A stretch of 64,000 bases of DNA from an uncultured Alphaproteobacteria bacterium. GTDB taxonomy: Bacteria > Pseudomonadota > Alphaproteobacteria > CAAGCB01 > CAG-977. Below the pieces are notes generated by a model. It did not search any database. It saw only the letters and a list, made by a program, of their open reading frames with translations, and was not told where the DNA came from. Shown here in pieces: positions 44,500 to 53,423 of the stretch; within the stretch, counting starts at the first letter, position 1; every line of letters begins with the position of its first letter. The stretch covers positions 7,022 to 71,021 of the forward strand of contig CAKQWA010000005.1 in assembly GCA_934277945.1 (NCBI GenBank). Direction: 5' to 3'. Position numbers and translations under genes: made by a program.

Positions 44500-45870
44500 A
44501 TGTTGAGCCGTCAATTTTATTTCAATCTGAACAACGACTTGATTGTCGATTTGTTTGCCGGCGGCGGCGGAGCATCAACGGGCATTGAACTGGCAACCGG
44601 TCGATACGTCGATATTGCCGTCAATCACGATCCGCAAGCCGTCGCAATGCACGAAACAAATCATCCGCAGACGCGGCATTTTTGCGAAGACGTTTTCGAG
44701 GTTGACCCCGTCGCCGTGACGAAAGGGAAACCCGTCGGCTTGCTTTGGGCATCGCCGGACTGCAAGCATTTTTCAAAAGCCAAAGGCGGAAAACCTGTCA
44801 GTAAAAAAATCCGGTCATTGGCGTGGGTCGTCGTGAAATGGGCGCGTTTGGTGCGTCCGCGCGTTATCTGTCTTGAAAACGTCGAGGAATTTCAAACTTG
44901 GGGACCTCTGGCGGACGGTTTGCCCGATCCCGCGCGCAAAGGCGAAACTTTTCGCCGCTGGATCGCAGAGTTGAAAAAACTCGGCTATGACGTTCGGTAT
45001 AAAGAACTGCGCGCGTGTGATTACGGCGCACCGACAATCCGCAAACGTCTTTTCCTCGTCGCGCGTTGCGACGGACTGCCGATTGTTTTCCCACAACCGA
45101 CACACGGTAAAGGCTTGAAACCGTATAGAACCGCCGCCGAAATTATTGACTGGTCGATTCCGTGTCCGTCGATTTTCGGACGCGCGAAACCTCTGTCGGA
45201 CAATACGTTGCGGCGCATCGCGAACGGTGTCGTCAAATTCGTGATTAACGCTCAAAATCCGTTTGTCGTCAAAGATTGCGCGAAACTGCTTATTCAGATG
45301 GGGTACGGAGACAACGAAGGTCGGCGCGTTCTCGACTTAAACAAGCCGTTGGGAACGGTTACATCGGGCGGCAATAAATTTGCGCTTGTTTCTGCTTTTT
45401 TGGCAAAGCATTACAGCGGGGTCGTAGGAACTTGCGTCAGTAATCCCGTCGGCACGATTACAACGGTTGACCATCACAGTTTAGTCATGATCGGTATGTC
45501 CGATGCGCCGTCAGACAGAACGGAAGAAGTCCGTGCTTTTCTGATCAATTACTACGGTACGGGAATGTCTTCGGCGGTCAACGAACCGCTGAACACTTGC
45601 ACGAGCCACGTTCATTCCGGTCTTGTCGCCGTCCGCATCAACGGGAAAGAATATGCCATCGCCGACATCGGACTGCGTATGCTTCAACCGCACGAATTAT
45701 ATGCCGCACAAGGCTTCCCGGCGGGATATGTCTTCGACAGGCGCGGCAACGGCGCGCCGTTGAGCAAAGAAGCGCAAATCAGAATGTGCGGCAACTCTGT
45801 TTGTCCGCCCGTGGCTGCCGCCTTGGTCAAAGCGAATTACGGCGCGACGGCGGAACTCAAAACAGCATAG
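44500..45870 (+). CDS. DNA (cytosine-5)-methyltransferase
   Basis: Motif I DLFAGGGG, motif IV ASPDCKHFS, motif VI ENV, QGFP, and motif X GNSVCPPV. Confidence 0.9.
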   Translation: MLSRQFYFNLNNDLIVDLFAGGGGASTGIELATGRYVDIAVNHDPQAVAMHETNHPQTRHFCEDVFEVDPVAVTKGKPVGLLWASPDCKHFSKAKGGKPVSKKIRSLAWVVVKWARLVRPRVICLENVEEFQTWGPLADGLPDPARKGETFRRWIAELKKLGYDVRYKELRACDYGAPTIRKRLFLVARCDGLPIVFPQPTHGKGLKPYRTAAEIIDWSIPCPSIFGRAKPLSDNTLRRIANGVVKFVINAQNPFVVKDCAKLLIQMGYGDNEGRRVLDLNKPLGTVTSGGNKFALVSAFLAKHYSGVVGTCVSNPVGTITTVDHHSLVMIGMSDAPSDRTEEVRAFLINYYGTGMSSAVNEPLNTCTSHVHSGLVAVRINGKEYAIADIGLRMLQPHELYAAQGFPAGYVFDRRGNGAPLSKEAQIRMCGNSVCPPVAAALVKANYGATAELKTA

Positions 45871-45881
45871 GGGATTAAAAA

Positions 45882-46184
45882 ATGAAGACATTGACGCTTG
45901 TTTTGACAGACCATTGGTTTGAAGAAATCAAATCTGGAAGAAAGACGCACGAATATCGCGTCTGTTCCGAACATTGGCATAAACGCTTGGGCGAATACGA
46001 ACAGCACCTCGAACGCGCGGCGGAATTGACGGTGCGCTTTCAGAAAGCTTACCGCAAAAATCCCGAACGCATGACTTTTTCAGTCAAGAGCGTGACGATT
46101 TGCGACGGTCGGAATACCGATTTGCACATAGACGGCAACGTTTTCGATATTGAATTGGGCGCAAAATTATCGCCGCTGTTTTAA
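45882..46184 (+). CDS. ASCH domain protein
   Basis: LTDHWFEEIKSGRKTHEYRV, the N-terminal ASCH signature. 100 aa. Confidence 0.65.
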   Translation: MKTLTLVLTDHWFEEIKSGRKTHEYRVCSEHWHKRLGEYEQHLERAAELTVRFQKAYRKNPERMTFSVKSVTICDGRNTDLHIDGNVFDIELGAKLSPLF

Positions 46185-46211
46185 AAACTTTTTCTTTGGA
46201 CTTTTTTCTGC

Positions 46212-46428
46212 TATGAATCTAATCGCACACATAAACACAGAAGGACTTCCGCCGCAAATAGCGGACGAAGATACTTTCCGTCTTGTGTGCGATTATCTGG
46301 ACGTTTTGTGCGAACTGTACGAGGAAGTCATTGAAGAAGGCTGTTATCCTGACCCGTGTGTCAACGAAAGAGCAGGAAGAGGGACACTCTCTCGCCGCCC
46401 AAAATACACGCCTTATCGAATACTGTAA
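46212..46428 (+). CDS. small acidic ORF overlapping the integrase start (possible recombination directionality factor; uncertain)
   Basis: 71 aa. Overlaps the preferred int start (TTG 46331) by about 98 nt in another frame. Confidence 0.25.
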
Positions 46429-47950
46429 GCGCAAAAACCTTGATGTCGTTAAATCCTTTGAGATTATCGAATCGTCCACGCGCGGCGGACGCAAAAAATT
46501 CCGCGAAGTCATCGACTTTTGCCTTTCTCAAAATGAAACCGTCGCGCTGATAGCCGACGCCGTGGATCGCGTCCAGCGTTCTTTCAAAGATTCCGTTTTG
46601 CTGGACGAACTCGTCCGCAAAGAAAAAATCGAACTTCATTTTTACCGCGAAAACATGGTCATCGGCGCGGGCGCGAGCGCGTCGGACATTATGCGCTGGG
46701 ATTTTTCCGTTATGGGTGCAAAATCCTACGTCCTGCAACTTTCCGAAAACGTCAAACGCTCCCTCGACTACAAACTGCGGAACGGCGAACGTGCGGGGGT
46801 TGCTCCGGTCGGATATGTCAATTTCCGAAACGACGACGGCAAAAACTCCATTCGCCCCGACGAAGTGGACGCCCCGAAAGTTCAGCGCATTTTCAATCTG
46901 TATGCATTGGGCGGCACTTCCGCCCGCGAATTGACGCGCGTTGCCGACAAAATCGGCTTGCGGTCGCGCATGGGACGCAAACTGCAAGTGTCCGGCATTC
47001 TGTCAATCTTGCGCAATCCGTTCTATTACGGAGAAATGCTGTCCAAGGGAAAACTACACGCGCACGTTTACCAGCCCCTTATCAGCAAAGACACATTCGA
47101 CGCTTGCCAATGCGTTCTCGAACATTCCAAATGCAAACCGTTCAAGCACGGGGAAAAGCCTTTTGCATACCGTGGCTTAATTCATTGCGCAAACACGGAT
47201 AAAATCTGCCCGATAGAAATCAAAAAACAGCAGTTTTATTATGTCGTCTGTTTTGCCGCCGATAAACAGCGGCGCGTTTATATTCCGCTTGAAGACATCG
47301 ACGATCAGATTTGCTACATCTTGAACTCAATCGAAATTCCCACCGAACTCATTGAACAAATCCGCACCTATATGGCATCATCCAAAAAGCAGGAAATCGC
47401 GTACAGAAACGCGGAAACGGGGCGGCTGAAACAGGAATTGACCCGCGTTGAAAATCGTATCGACGCGCTGTTTAACCTACGCCTTGACGGTGAAATTGAC
47501 CAAGAAACGTACAACGATAAAAACAGCCGTCTGCAACTGGAACGCCACCGCCTTGAAGAGCGTATCCAAGCACACAGGAAAGCGGACAATTCGTTTAACA
47601 GAACCGTCTTAAATCTTATGGAAATCGCAAAATCCGCCGCAACAATTTTTAAAACGAGCCGCAACGCCGAAAAGAAACGGCTTTTGCTGTCGTTCCTGTT
47701 TGACCGTTTGGAGTTGGACGAGGGCAGGATCGGTTATAAATTGCGCTATCCGTTCAATGAATTTCAGAATACGGCAAAAGTCTGCGAACTGGCGGAAAAT
47801 CAAGGGTTTGCGGGCAAAAAAGACGGTTTTTCGACGGATGCGGAAAATGGAGCGTTCGAACTCGAAAAACTCAATAAAAACAAAGGCTTGCAAGAAAATG
47901 CAAGCCTTTGTCCACGTTGGCTGGGGAACCTGGATTCGAACCAAGACTAA
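46331..47950 (+). CDS. int: large serine recombinase (integrase)
   Basis: KKAVILTRVSTKEQ catalytic-Ser motif, a recombinase domain (RNPFYYGEM), Cys-rich region and coiled coil. Start set at TTG 46331 after GAGGAAG; the track ORF begins at 46283. The ORF runs through the repeat and stops inside tRNA-Gln. Confidence 0.85.
   Translation: MKKAVILTRVSTKEQEEGHSLAAQNTRLIEYCKRKNLDVVKSFEIIESSTRGGRKKFREVIDFCLSQNETVALIADAVDRVQRSFKDSVLLDELVRKEKIELHFYRENMVIGAGASASDIMRWDFSVMGAKSYVLQLSENVKRSLDYKLRNGERAGVAPVGYVNFRNDDGKNSIRPDEVDAPKVQRIFNLYALGGTSARELTRVADKIGLRSRMGRKLQVSGILSILRNPFYYGEMLSKGKLHAHVYQPLISKDTFDACQCVLEHSKCKPFKHGEKPFAYRGLIHCANTDKICPIEIKKQQFYYVVCFAADKQRRVYIPLEDIDDQICYILNSIEIPTELIEQIRTYMASSKKQEIAYRNAETGRLKQELTRVENRIDALFNLRLDGEIDQETYNDKNSRLQLERHRLEERIQAHRKADNSFNRTVLNLMEIAKSAATIFKTSRNAEKKRLLLSFLFDRLELDEGRIGYKLRYPFNEFQNTAKVCELAENQGFAGKKDGFSTDAENGAFELEKLNKNKGLQENASLCPRWLGNLDSNQD
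47771..47923. repeat. right copy of the 153-bp direct repeat (attR-like)
   Basis: See 7880-8032. The last 6 nt (TGGCTG) are the complement of the tRNA-Gln 3' end CAGCCA. Confidence 0.9.
47875..47909 (-). terminator. intrinsic terminator of tRNA-Gln
   Basis: Minus strand reads AAAGGCTTGCA-ttttct-TGCAAGCCTTT-G-TTTTT. It begins 8 nt after the tRNA 3' end. Confidence 0.7.
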
Positions 47951-47991
47951 CGGAGTCAGAGTCCGCTGTTCTACCATTAAACTATTCCCCA
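47918..47991 (-). tRNA. tRNA-Gln: tRNA-Gln (anticodon CUG), 74 nt with encoded CCA
   Basis: Hand-folded. Acceptor TGGGGAA/TTCCCCA, D-arm GTTT/GAAC, anticodon arm GCGGA-CTCTGAC-TCCGT, T-arm CTTGG-TTCGAAT-CCAGG, discriminator G, then CCA. Confidence 0.92.
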
Positions 47992-48008
47992 ACGGTTGAA
48001 CGAGAACT

Positions 48009-48037
48009 TATATACGCCCGCTTTTTATGAAATGCAA
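48009..48037 (-). promoter_or_regulatory. candidate sigma70 promoter of tRNA-Gln
   Basis: Minus strand reads TTGCAT-N17-TATATA, about 17 nt upstream of the tRNA 5' end. Confidence 0.45.
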
Positions 48038-48183
48038 GAACTTTTTTCAACAATTTATCAAAAATATATACTTTTTGCTTGAAAACGCGCTTTTTTTGAT
48101 TAAAAATCAAGCGTCTTTACGAAAAGTTAAAACTATGCAGTCATACTTTCCTTAAGGAGCGTTTCTTATCGCGGCGGGGCGTC

Positions 48184-48453
48184 ATGTTTTTAGGCAGATT
48201 GACAGGTTGGTTTTGTTTGGTGATGGCTGTTTTGGCGGCGTCCGCAGAAGCCGTCGTCGCTCTGGGAACGGGCGAACACGCCAGCATCGCGACTTCCGAC
48301 ATCATCACAATCATCACGGGCGTTTTGCCCGAAACGGCGAATCCGCTGGCGGAAGAAATTTTGATGTGGCCCGCGTGGGTCATCGTCGGCTCGATCGGCT
48401 TGTGTCTGGTTCTGCTGTGCCGCAAGAAAAAGGTCAGAACATCCTTTTCATAA
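48184..48453 (+). CDS. small two-TM membrane protein (hypothetical)
   Basis: 89 aa with hydrophobic N- and C-terminal segments. The RBS is weak. Confidence 0.35.
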   Translation: MFLGRLTGWFCLVMAVLAASAEAVVALGTGEHASIATSDIITIITGVLPETANPLAEEILMWPAWVIVGSIGLCLVLLCRKKKVRTSFS

Positions 48454-48994
48454 CCCGTCAAAGCACTTTTTTTCGATTTTCCAAAGTGCGCTTTGTCCGC
48501 GCTTTTTTTATGCGGGAATTGCGTGCCGGAACTGACCGCCGCCTTGAAATATCGTAAAAAAGGACGCGCAAATGCGGTGCGATACCGCAAAATCCCGTCG
48601 CCGAACGAGCGAACTGCATCAAGTCGAAAGTTTGCCCCGCCGCCCCGATTTATCTCCGTTTGAGCGTGATGACAACATAGAACGGCGCGGGATTGCGCCC
48701 GTCGCCGCACGCCCGCGCCACATCATCCGAACGTCACGACAACAGGATGACGCAGGGTGCCCCGCAAAAAACTTATGTAAAACAGCCTTACCGCGAGCCG
48801 CACCGTCGTCGTCAACAGGCAATTTGCCGGCAAACAAATGCAAATCGAGCCCCTCTGCCTCGCGCTTTTTCTGCACCGCCTTTGCGTTTTCGCCAAGTTT
48901 GCGCAAGTGCCTTGCGCCTGTTCTTTCGGGCTTTTCGCCGTTTTTAAACCGCCCTGCCCTCTGATACGGTTTTCGACCACACCCTGCTCCGATG

Positions 48995-49035
48995 ATAAAA
49001 ATCACCCCTGCGGAGCGGCGGCTCTTGCAGGGGTG
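48995..49035 (-). terminator. intrinsic terminator downstream of trpS
   Basis: Minus strand reads CACCCCTGC...GCAGGGGTG followed by ATTTTTAT. Confidence 0.6.
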
Positions 49036-49099
49036 CGTTTAAAGCGTGCGCTTAAAGAATGTGCTTACGGAGCGCGTTTGACAGCCGCGCCGGACGATT

Positions 49100-50158
49100 T
49101 TACTTTTTCAGCGCGTTTTTGCCGAAATAGTCAATGCCCATCGCCGCTTTGACTTCGGACAGCGTTTGCGCCGCGATTTCGCGCGCTTTTTCGCTTCCCG
49201 CTTTCAACATATCAAACACCGACCCGACGTCGTTCGCCAAAGCCTCGCGGCGTTCGCGGATCGGCTTCAATTCGTTTTGCAAAATTTCGTTCAGGAACTT
49301 TTTGACCGTGCCGTCGCCCAGCCCGCCGCGACGGTAGTGTGCCTTCATTTCTTCCAGATTTTTGTACGCCGGCAGGAACGCCGCGAAATGTTCGTCCGTC
49401 GAAAACGCGTCCAGATAAATGAACACGGGATTGTTTTCCGTATGCCCCGGATCTTCCACGCGCAAATGCGTCGGGTCGGTGAACATACTTTGGACTTTCT
49501 GTTTGATTTCCTTGGAAGAATCGGACAGATAAATGCAGTTGCCGAGCGATTTGCTCATCTTCGCCGCGCCGTCCAACCCCGGCAGACGCGAACACAGGCT
49601 GTTGTCGGGCAAAACCGCTTCGGGTTCGACCAAAACGGGCGCGTACGTCATATTGAACGAGCGCACGATTTCGCGCGTTTGCTCAATCATCGGCAGTTGA
49701 TCTTCGCCGACGGGCACCAAATTCGCCTTGAACGCCGTGATGTCCGACGCTTGCGAAATCGGATAGGTGAAAAATCCGACGGGGATGCTCTGCTTGAACC
49801 CGCGCATCTGGATTTCGTTTTTCACGGTCGGATTGCGCTGCAAGCGCGACACGGTGACCAAGTTCATGTAGTAAAAGGTCAACTCCGTCAGTTCGGGGAT
49901 TTGCGATTGAATGAAAATCGTCGATTTTGCGGGATCAAGTCCGCACGCCAGATAATCCAAAGCGACGTTGGAGATGTTGTTTCTGACTTTGTTGATGTCG
50001 TCGGCGTTGTCGGTCAAAGCCTGCGCGTCGGCGATCATAATGAAAATCTTGTGGTACAAGCCGCTGTTTTGCATTTCGACGCGGCGTTTCAGCGAGCCGA
50101 CGTAGTGTCCCAAATGCAGTTTGCCCGTCGGTCTGTCGCCCGTTAAGATAATGTCCAT
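49100..50158 (-). CDS. trpS: tryptophan--tRNA ligase
   Basis: Start taken at [21 protein letters not shown] (HIGH motif). KMSKSLGN is present. 352 aa. Confidence 0.9.
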   Translation of the reverse strand: MDIILTGDRPTGKLHLGHYVGSLKRRVEMQNSGLYHKIFIMIADAQALTDNADDINKVRNNISNVALDYLACGLDPAKSTIFIQSQIPELTELTFYYMNLVTVSRLQRNPTVKNEIQMRGFKQSIPVGFFTYPISQASDITAFKANLVPVGEDQLPMIEQTREIVRSFNMTYAPVLVEPEAVLPDNSLCSRLPGLDGAAKMSKSLGNCIYLSDSSKEIKQKVQSMFTDPTHLRVEDPGHTENNPVFIYLDAFSTDEHFAAFLPAYKNLEEMKAHYRRGGLGDGTVKKFLNEILQNELKPIRERREALANDVGSVFDMLKAGSEKAREIAAQTLSEVKAAMGIDYFGKNALKK

Positions 50159-50306
50159 GGTCAGAATCTCCTGTTTCTTTATGTGATAGGAAAAATATCC
50201 CCGAAAATGTGAAAAAGTCAATACGAAAGCGGGCAAAAACGGCGTCGGGCATAAAAAAAGCCTTCACCGTTTCGGGCAAAGGCTTTTTTGTAAAAATCAG
50301 ATGAAT

Positions 50307-51308
50307 TTACTTGTTCATCGCCTGCGAAATCGCCACGGCGACAGCGACGGTCGCGCCGACCATGGGGTTGTTGCCCATGCCGATCAAGCCCATCATTTCG
50401 ACGTGCGCGGGAACCGACGAAGATCCGGCGAACTGCGCGTCGCCGTGCATACGCCCCATCGTGTCGGTCATGCCGTAGGAAGCGGGACCCGCGGCGACGT
50501 TGTCGGGGTGCAGAGTGCGGCCCGTACCGCCGCCCGAAGCCACGGAGAAGTATTTCTTGCCGTGTTCGATCGCCCACTTTTTGTAAGTGCCGGCGACGGG
50601 GTGCTGGAAGCGCGTCGGGTTGGTCGAGTTGCCCGTAATGGACACGTCAACGCCTTCTTTAATCATGATGGCGACGCCTTCGGACACGTCGTCCGCGCCG
50701 TAGCATTTGACTTTCGCGCGGTCGCCGTTGGAGAACGCTTTTTCGGAAACGATCTTCAATTCGCCCGTTTTGTAGTCGTAATCCGTTTCAACCGACGTAA
50801 AGCCGTTGATGCGGGAAATGATGTAGGCGGCGTCTTTGCCCAAGCCGTTCAAAATGACGCGCAACGGTTCTTTGCGGACTTTGTTGGCTTTCAAAGCGAT
50901 GCCGATCGCGCCTTCCGCGGCGGCGAAAGATTCGTGACCCGCCAAGAAGCAGAAGCACTTCGTGTTTTCGCTCAACAGCATTGCGCCCAGATTGCCGTGA
51001 CCCAAGCCGACTTCGCGCTGATCCGCGACGGAACCGGGGATGCAAAAAGCCTGCAAGCCGACGCCCAACTTTTCAGCGACTTCGGCGGCGTTTTTCGTGT
51101 CGGTTTTAATGGCGATAGCCGCGCCCAACGTGTACGCCCAGCAAGCGTTTTCAAAGCAGATCGGCTGAATGCCTTTTACGATTTCGGCGACGTCGACGCC
51201 TTTGTCTTTGCAGATTTTGTCCGCTTCTTCGATATTGGCGATGCCGTATTTTTTGCAGCATTCGTTAATTTTGTCGATGCGGCGTTCATACCCTTCAAAA
51301 AGACTCAT
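50307..51308 (-). CDS. GGGtGRT-family protein (function unknown)
   Basis: Contains the eponymous SGGGTGRT motif. 333 aa. Confidence 0.8.
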   Translation of the reverse strand: MSLFEGYERRIDKINECCKKYGIANIEEADKICKDKGVDVAEIVKGIQPICFENACWAYTLGAAIAIKTDTKNAAEVAEKLGVGLQAFCIPGSVADQREVGLGHGNLGAMLLSENTKCFCFLAGHESFAAAEGAIGIALKANKVRKEPLRVILNGLGKDAAYIISRINGFTSVETDYDYKTGELKIVSEKAFSNGDRAKVKCYGADDVSEGVAIMIKEGVDVSITGNSTNPTRFQHPVAGTYKKWAIEHGKKYFSVASGGGTGRTLHPDNVAAGPASYGMTDTMGRMHGDAQFAGSSSVPAHVEMMGLIGMGNNPMVGATVAVAVAISQAMNK

Positions 51309-51319
51309 CTTTTCTCTCC

Positions 51320-52024
51320 TTATTCTTTGCGCGGGTCGATGACTTTGACGGCTTCGTCAAAGCGGCCTTTGGTGCTGACGTTCTTTTCGAAAGCGGTTTT
51401 CGGATCGGTACCGTTGCGAATGGCTTCCATCATTTTGCCCAAATTGACGGTTTTGTAACCGATGACTTCATTGTTGGCGTCCAAGCCTTCCGCCAAGACA
51501 TAGCCTTCCGCCATTTCCAAATAGCGAACGCCTTTGGGTTCGGTGGAGTACATTGTGCCGACCTGCGAGCGCAGACCTTTGCCCAAATCTTCCAAACCCG
51601 CGCCGACGGGCAGACCGTCGTCGGAGAAAGCGGACTGCGTGCGTCCGTAGACGATTTGCAGGAACAGTTCGCGCATGGCGACGTTGATGGCGTCGCAGAC
51701 CAAGTCGGTGTTCAGGGCTTCCAGAATGGTTTTGCCGGGGAGCACTTCGGCGGCCATGGCGGCGGAATGGGTCATGCCCGAGCAGCCGATGGTTTCGACC
51801 AAGGCTTCGCGAATGACGCCTTCTTTGACGTTCAGGGTCAATTTGCAGGTGCCCTGCTGGGGCGCGCAAGCGCCGACGCCGTGCGTCAAGCCGGAAATAT
51901 CTTTGATTTCTTTGGATTTAACCCATTTACCTTCTTCGGGAATGGGAGCGGGGTCGTGTCTTGCCCCTTTGGTGACGGAGCACATTTCCTGTACTTCGCG
52001 GGAACACTGGTATGAACAACTCAT
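51320..52024 (-). CDS. NifU-N-like iron-sulfur scaffold domain protein
   Basis: Start taken at MSCSYQC. ACAPQQGTCKLTL...ETIGCSGMTHSAAMA Cys pattern. It lies 11 nt upstream of the GGGtGRT gene. Confidence 0.65.
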   Translation of the reverse strand: MSCSYQCSREVQEMCSVTKGARHDPAPIPEEGKWVKSKEIKDISGLTHGVGACAPQQGTCKLTLNVKEGVIREALVETIGCSGMTHSAAMAAEVLPGKTILEALNTDLVCDAINVAMRELFLQIVYGRTQSAFSDDGLPVGAGLEDLGKGLRSQVGTMYSTEPKGVRYLEMAEGYVLAEGLDANNEVIGYKTVNLGKMMEAIRNGTDPKTAFEKNVSTKGRFDEAVKVIDPRKE

Positions 52025-52307
52025 ATTAAAGTCACTCCGGTTAAGAAAAAAATACAAACAGATTCTTTATATCCTTTTGTTGCCGTTTTCGCACCTGTTT
52101 TTTTCATTGCGGGGCGATTTTTTTGCACGCGTTCCTATTTTCCTTGAATTTTTTGCAAAAAAGAGTAGAGTCCTTTAATGAGGTTTAATGCTTGTCCAAG
52201 CGTTGTTGACGATCGGATTTAATCTGGAATGACTTTTGAAAAGCACTTAAAACTCCTTCGCCGCAGTGCCGGCGGGGTGATTAAATTATGACAAGGAGTC
52301 CATGATT

Positions 52308-52514
52308 ATGGCAAAAGGTACAGTCAAATGGTTCAATAAAATCAAAGGTTACGGATTCATCCAGCCCGACGAAGGCGACAAGGATGTGTTCGTTCACATC
52401 AGCGCGGTTCACGCCGCCGGTCTGTCCATTTTGAAAGAAGGACAGGTTGTTACATACGAATTGACGACCAATAAAGACCGCACCTGTGCAGATCAGTTAA
52501 AGATTGTCGAGTGA
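52308..52514 (+). CDS. cold-shock domain protein (CspA family)
   Basis: MAKGTVKWFNKIKGYGFIQPD...DVFVH (RNP1 and RNP2). AGGAG lies 9 nt upstream of ATG 52308. Confidence 0.85.
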   Translation: MAKGTVKWFNKIKGYGFIQPDEGDKDVFVHISAVHAAGLSILKEGQVVTYELTTNKDRTCADQLKIVE

Positions 52515-52537
52515 CGCTTCGACGAAATGCAAAAGAA

Positions 52538-52567
52538 AAGACCCTCGGCATCGGGGGTCTTTTTTTG
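52538..52567 (+). terminator. intrinsic terminator of the csp gene
   Basis: GACCC...GGGTC hairpin followed by T7. Confidence 0.7.
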
Positions 52568-52663
52568 TGCGGGATGACAAATCGCTGAAAAGCGGCGAGG
52601 TCGTCAACGCGGCATCGGAATTGCGCGGGATGTTTCCGACCGCCCCGCTCATTTCTGAACAAC

Positions 52664-52688
52664 GAAAAAGCCCCTGAAAACAGGGGCT
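52664..52688 (-). terminator. hairpin terminator downstream of the pilin-like gene
   Basis: AGCCCCTG-aaaa-CAGGGGCT, with TTTTTCG on the minus strand. Confidence 0.5.
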
Positions 52689-52710
52689 TTCGCGCGATAA
52701 ACGGGCAAGA

Positions 52711-53112
52711 TTACTTGTACGTCCATACGATTTTGCTTGATGTCAGACTGCTTTTGCAATCTTCCGCCACTTCCGTCAGCGTGGGCGGCAGGGCTCTGGA
52801 CGCCGTGCCTCCGGTTTGCCATGTATATGCCGTTTTACCGTTAATCTGTATGGAAACCAAGCCCGAACCGGCGTCGCCGCCCCAGTCGCTTGTTCCCGGT
52901 TTCACGCAAGCGTCTTTGGGAATACCAGTATATTCAATCGTAAAAATACGTCCCGACGCGTTGTCCGTTTTTGAGGCGATATTGATTTTTCCGCCATACG
53001 AGTTGTAACCGTTCGTTCCGTCGTATGTTTCATCCGACAAAACGCCGATAATCGCCGGAATGCCGAGCATTTCAATCATGGAACGCCCTGTTTCCCGTGA
53101 AAGATTTTTCAT
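52711..53112 (-). CDS. type IV pilin/pseudopilin-like protein
   Basis: Prepilin-type leader MKNLSRETG|RSMIEMLGIPAIIGVLS, with Glu at +5 after the predicted cleavage site. Confidence 0.6.
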   Translation of the reverse strand: MKNLSRETGRSMIEMLGIPAIIGVLSDETYDGTNGYNSYGGKINIASKTDNASGRIFTIEYTGIPKDACVKPGTSDWGGDAGSGLVSIQINGKTAYTWQTGGTASRALPPTLTEVAEDCKSSLTSSKIVWTYK

Positions 53113-53370
53113 TGTTAAACTCCTTGTATCAGCTGATAAAAAGAAACGTTTTCTTCACCCCGTCACTCCTTTTCGTAACCCATTAAAACAAAGAGTTTTT
53201 TAAAACAAGCCGCGTGAACGGCAAAAACCGCCAAAAGTATTGAAATTTCACGAAAAAAGGGTATATTAAATGAGGGAACGAAGAAAACGTTCCTTTTTTT
53301 ATTCCTCGATTTTTTCGCCTTTTTTCCTTTAAAATCCGCCGCTTGCAACAATATCCGAATAAGAGCGGAC

Positions 53371-53402
53371 AAACAAAAACGGGGAAAGTTCCCTCTCCCC
53401 GT
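53371..53402 (-). terminator. intrinsic terminator of the antiporter gene
   Basis: Minus strand reads ACGGGGA...TCCCCGT followed by TTTTTGTTTG. Confidence 0.55.
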
Positions 53403-53423
53403 TTCTTTGGATTTTCGCGCTTT

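Larger units (their letters stand above)
7880..47923. mobile_element. temperate podovirus-like prophage bounded by 153-bp direct repeats at tRNA-Gln
   Basis: Contains complete structural, lysis, replication, immunity, recombination and integrase modules between repeats 7880-8032 and 47771-47923. The left boundary could instead lie near 6465 if the 6475-7670 fibre pair belongs to the phage. Confidence 0.85.
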
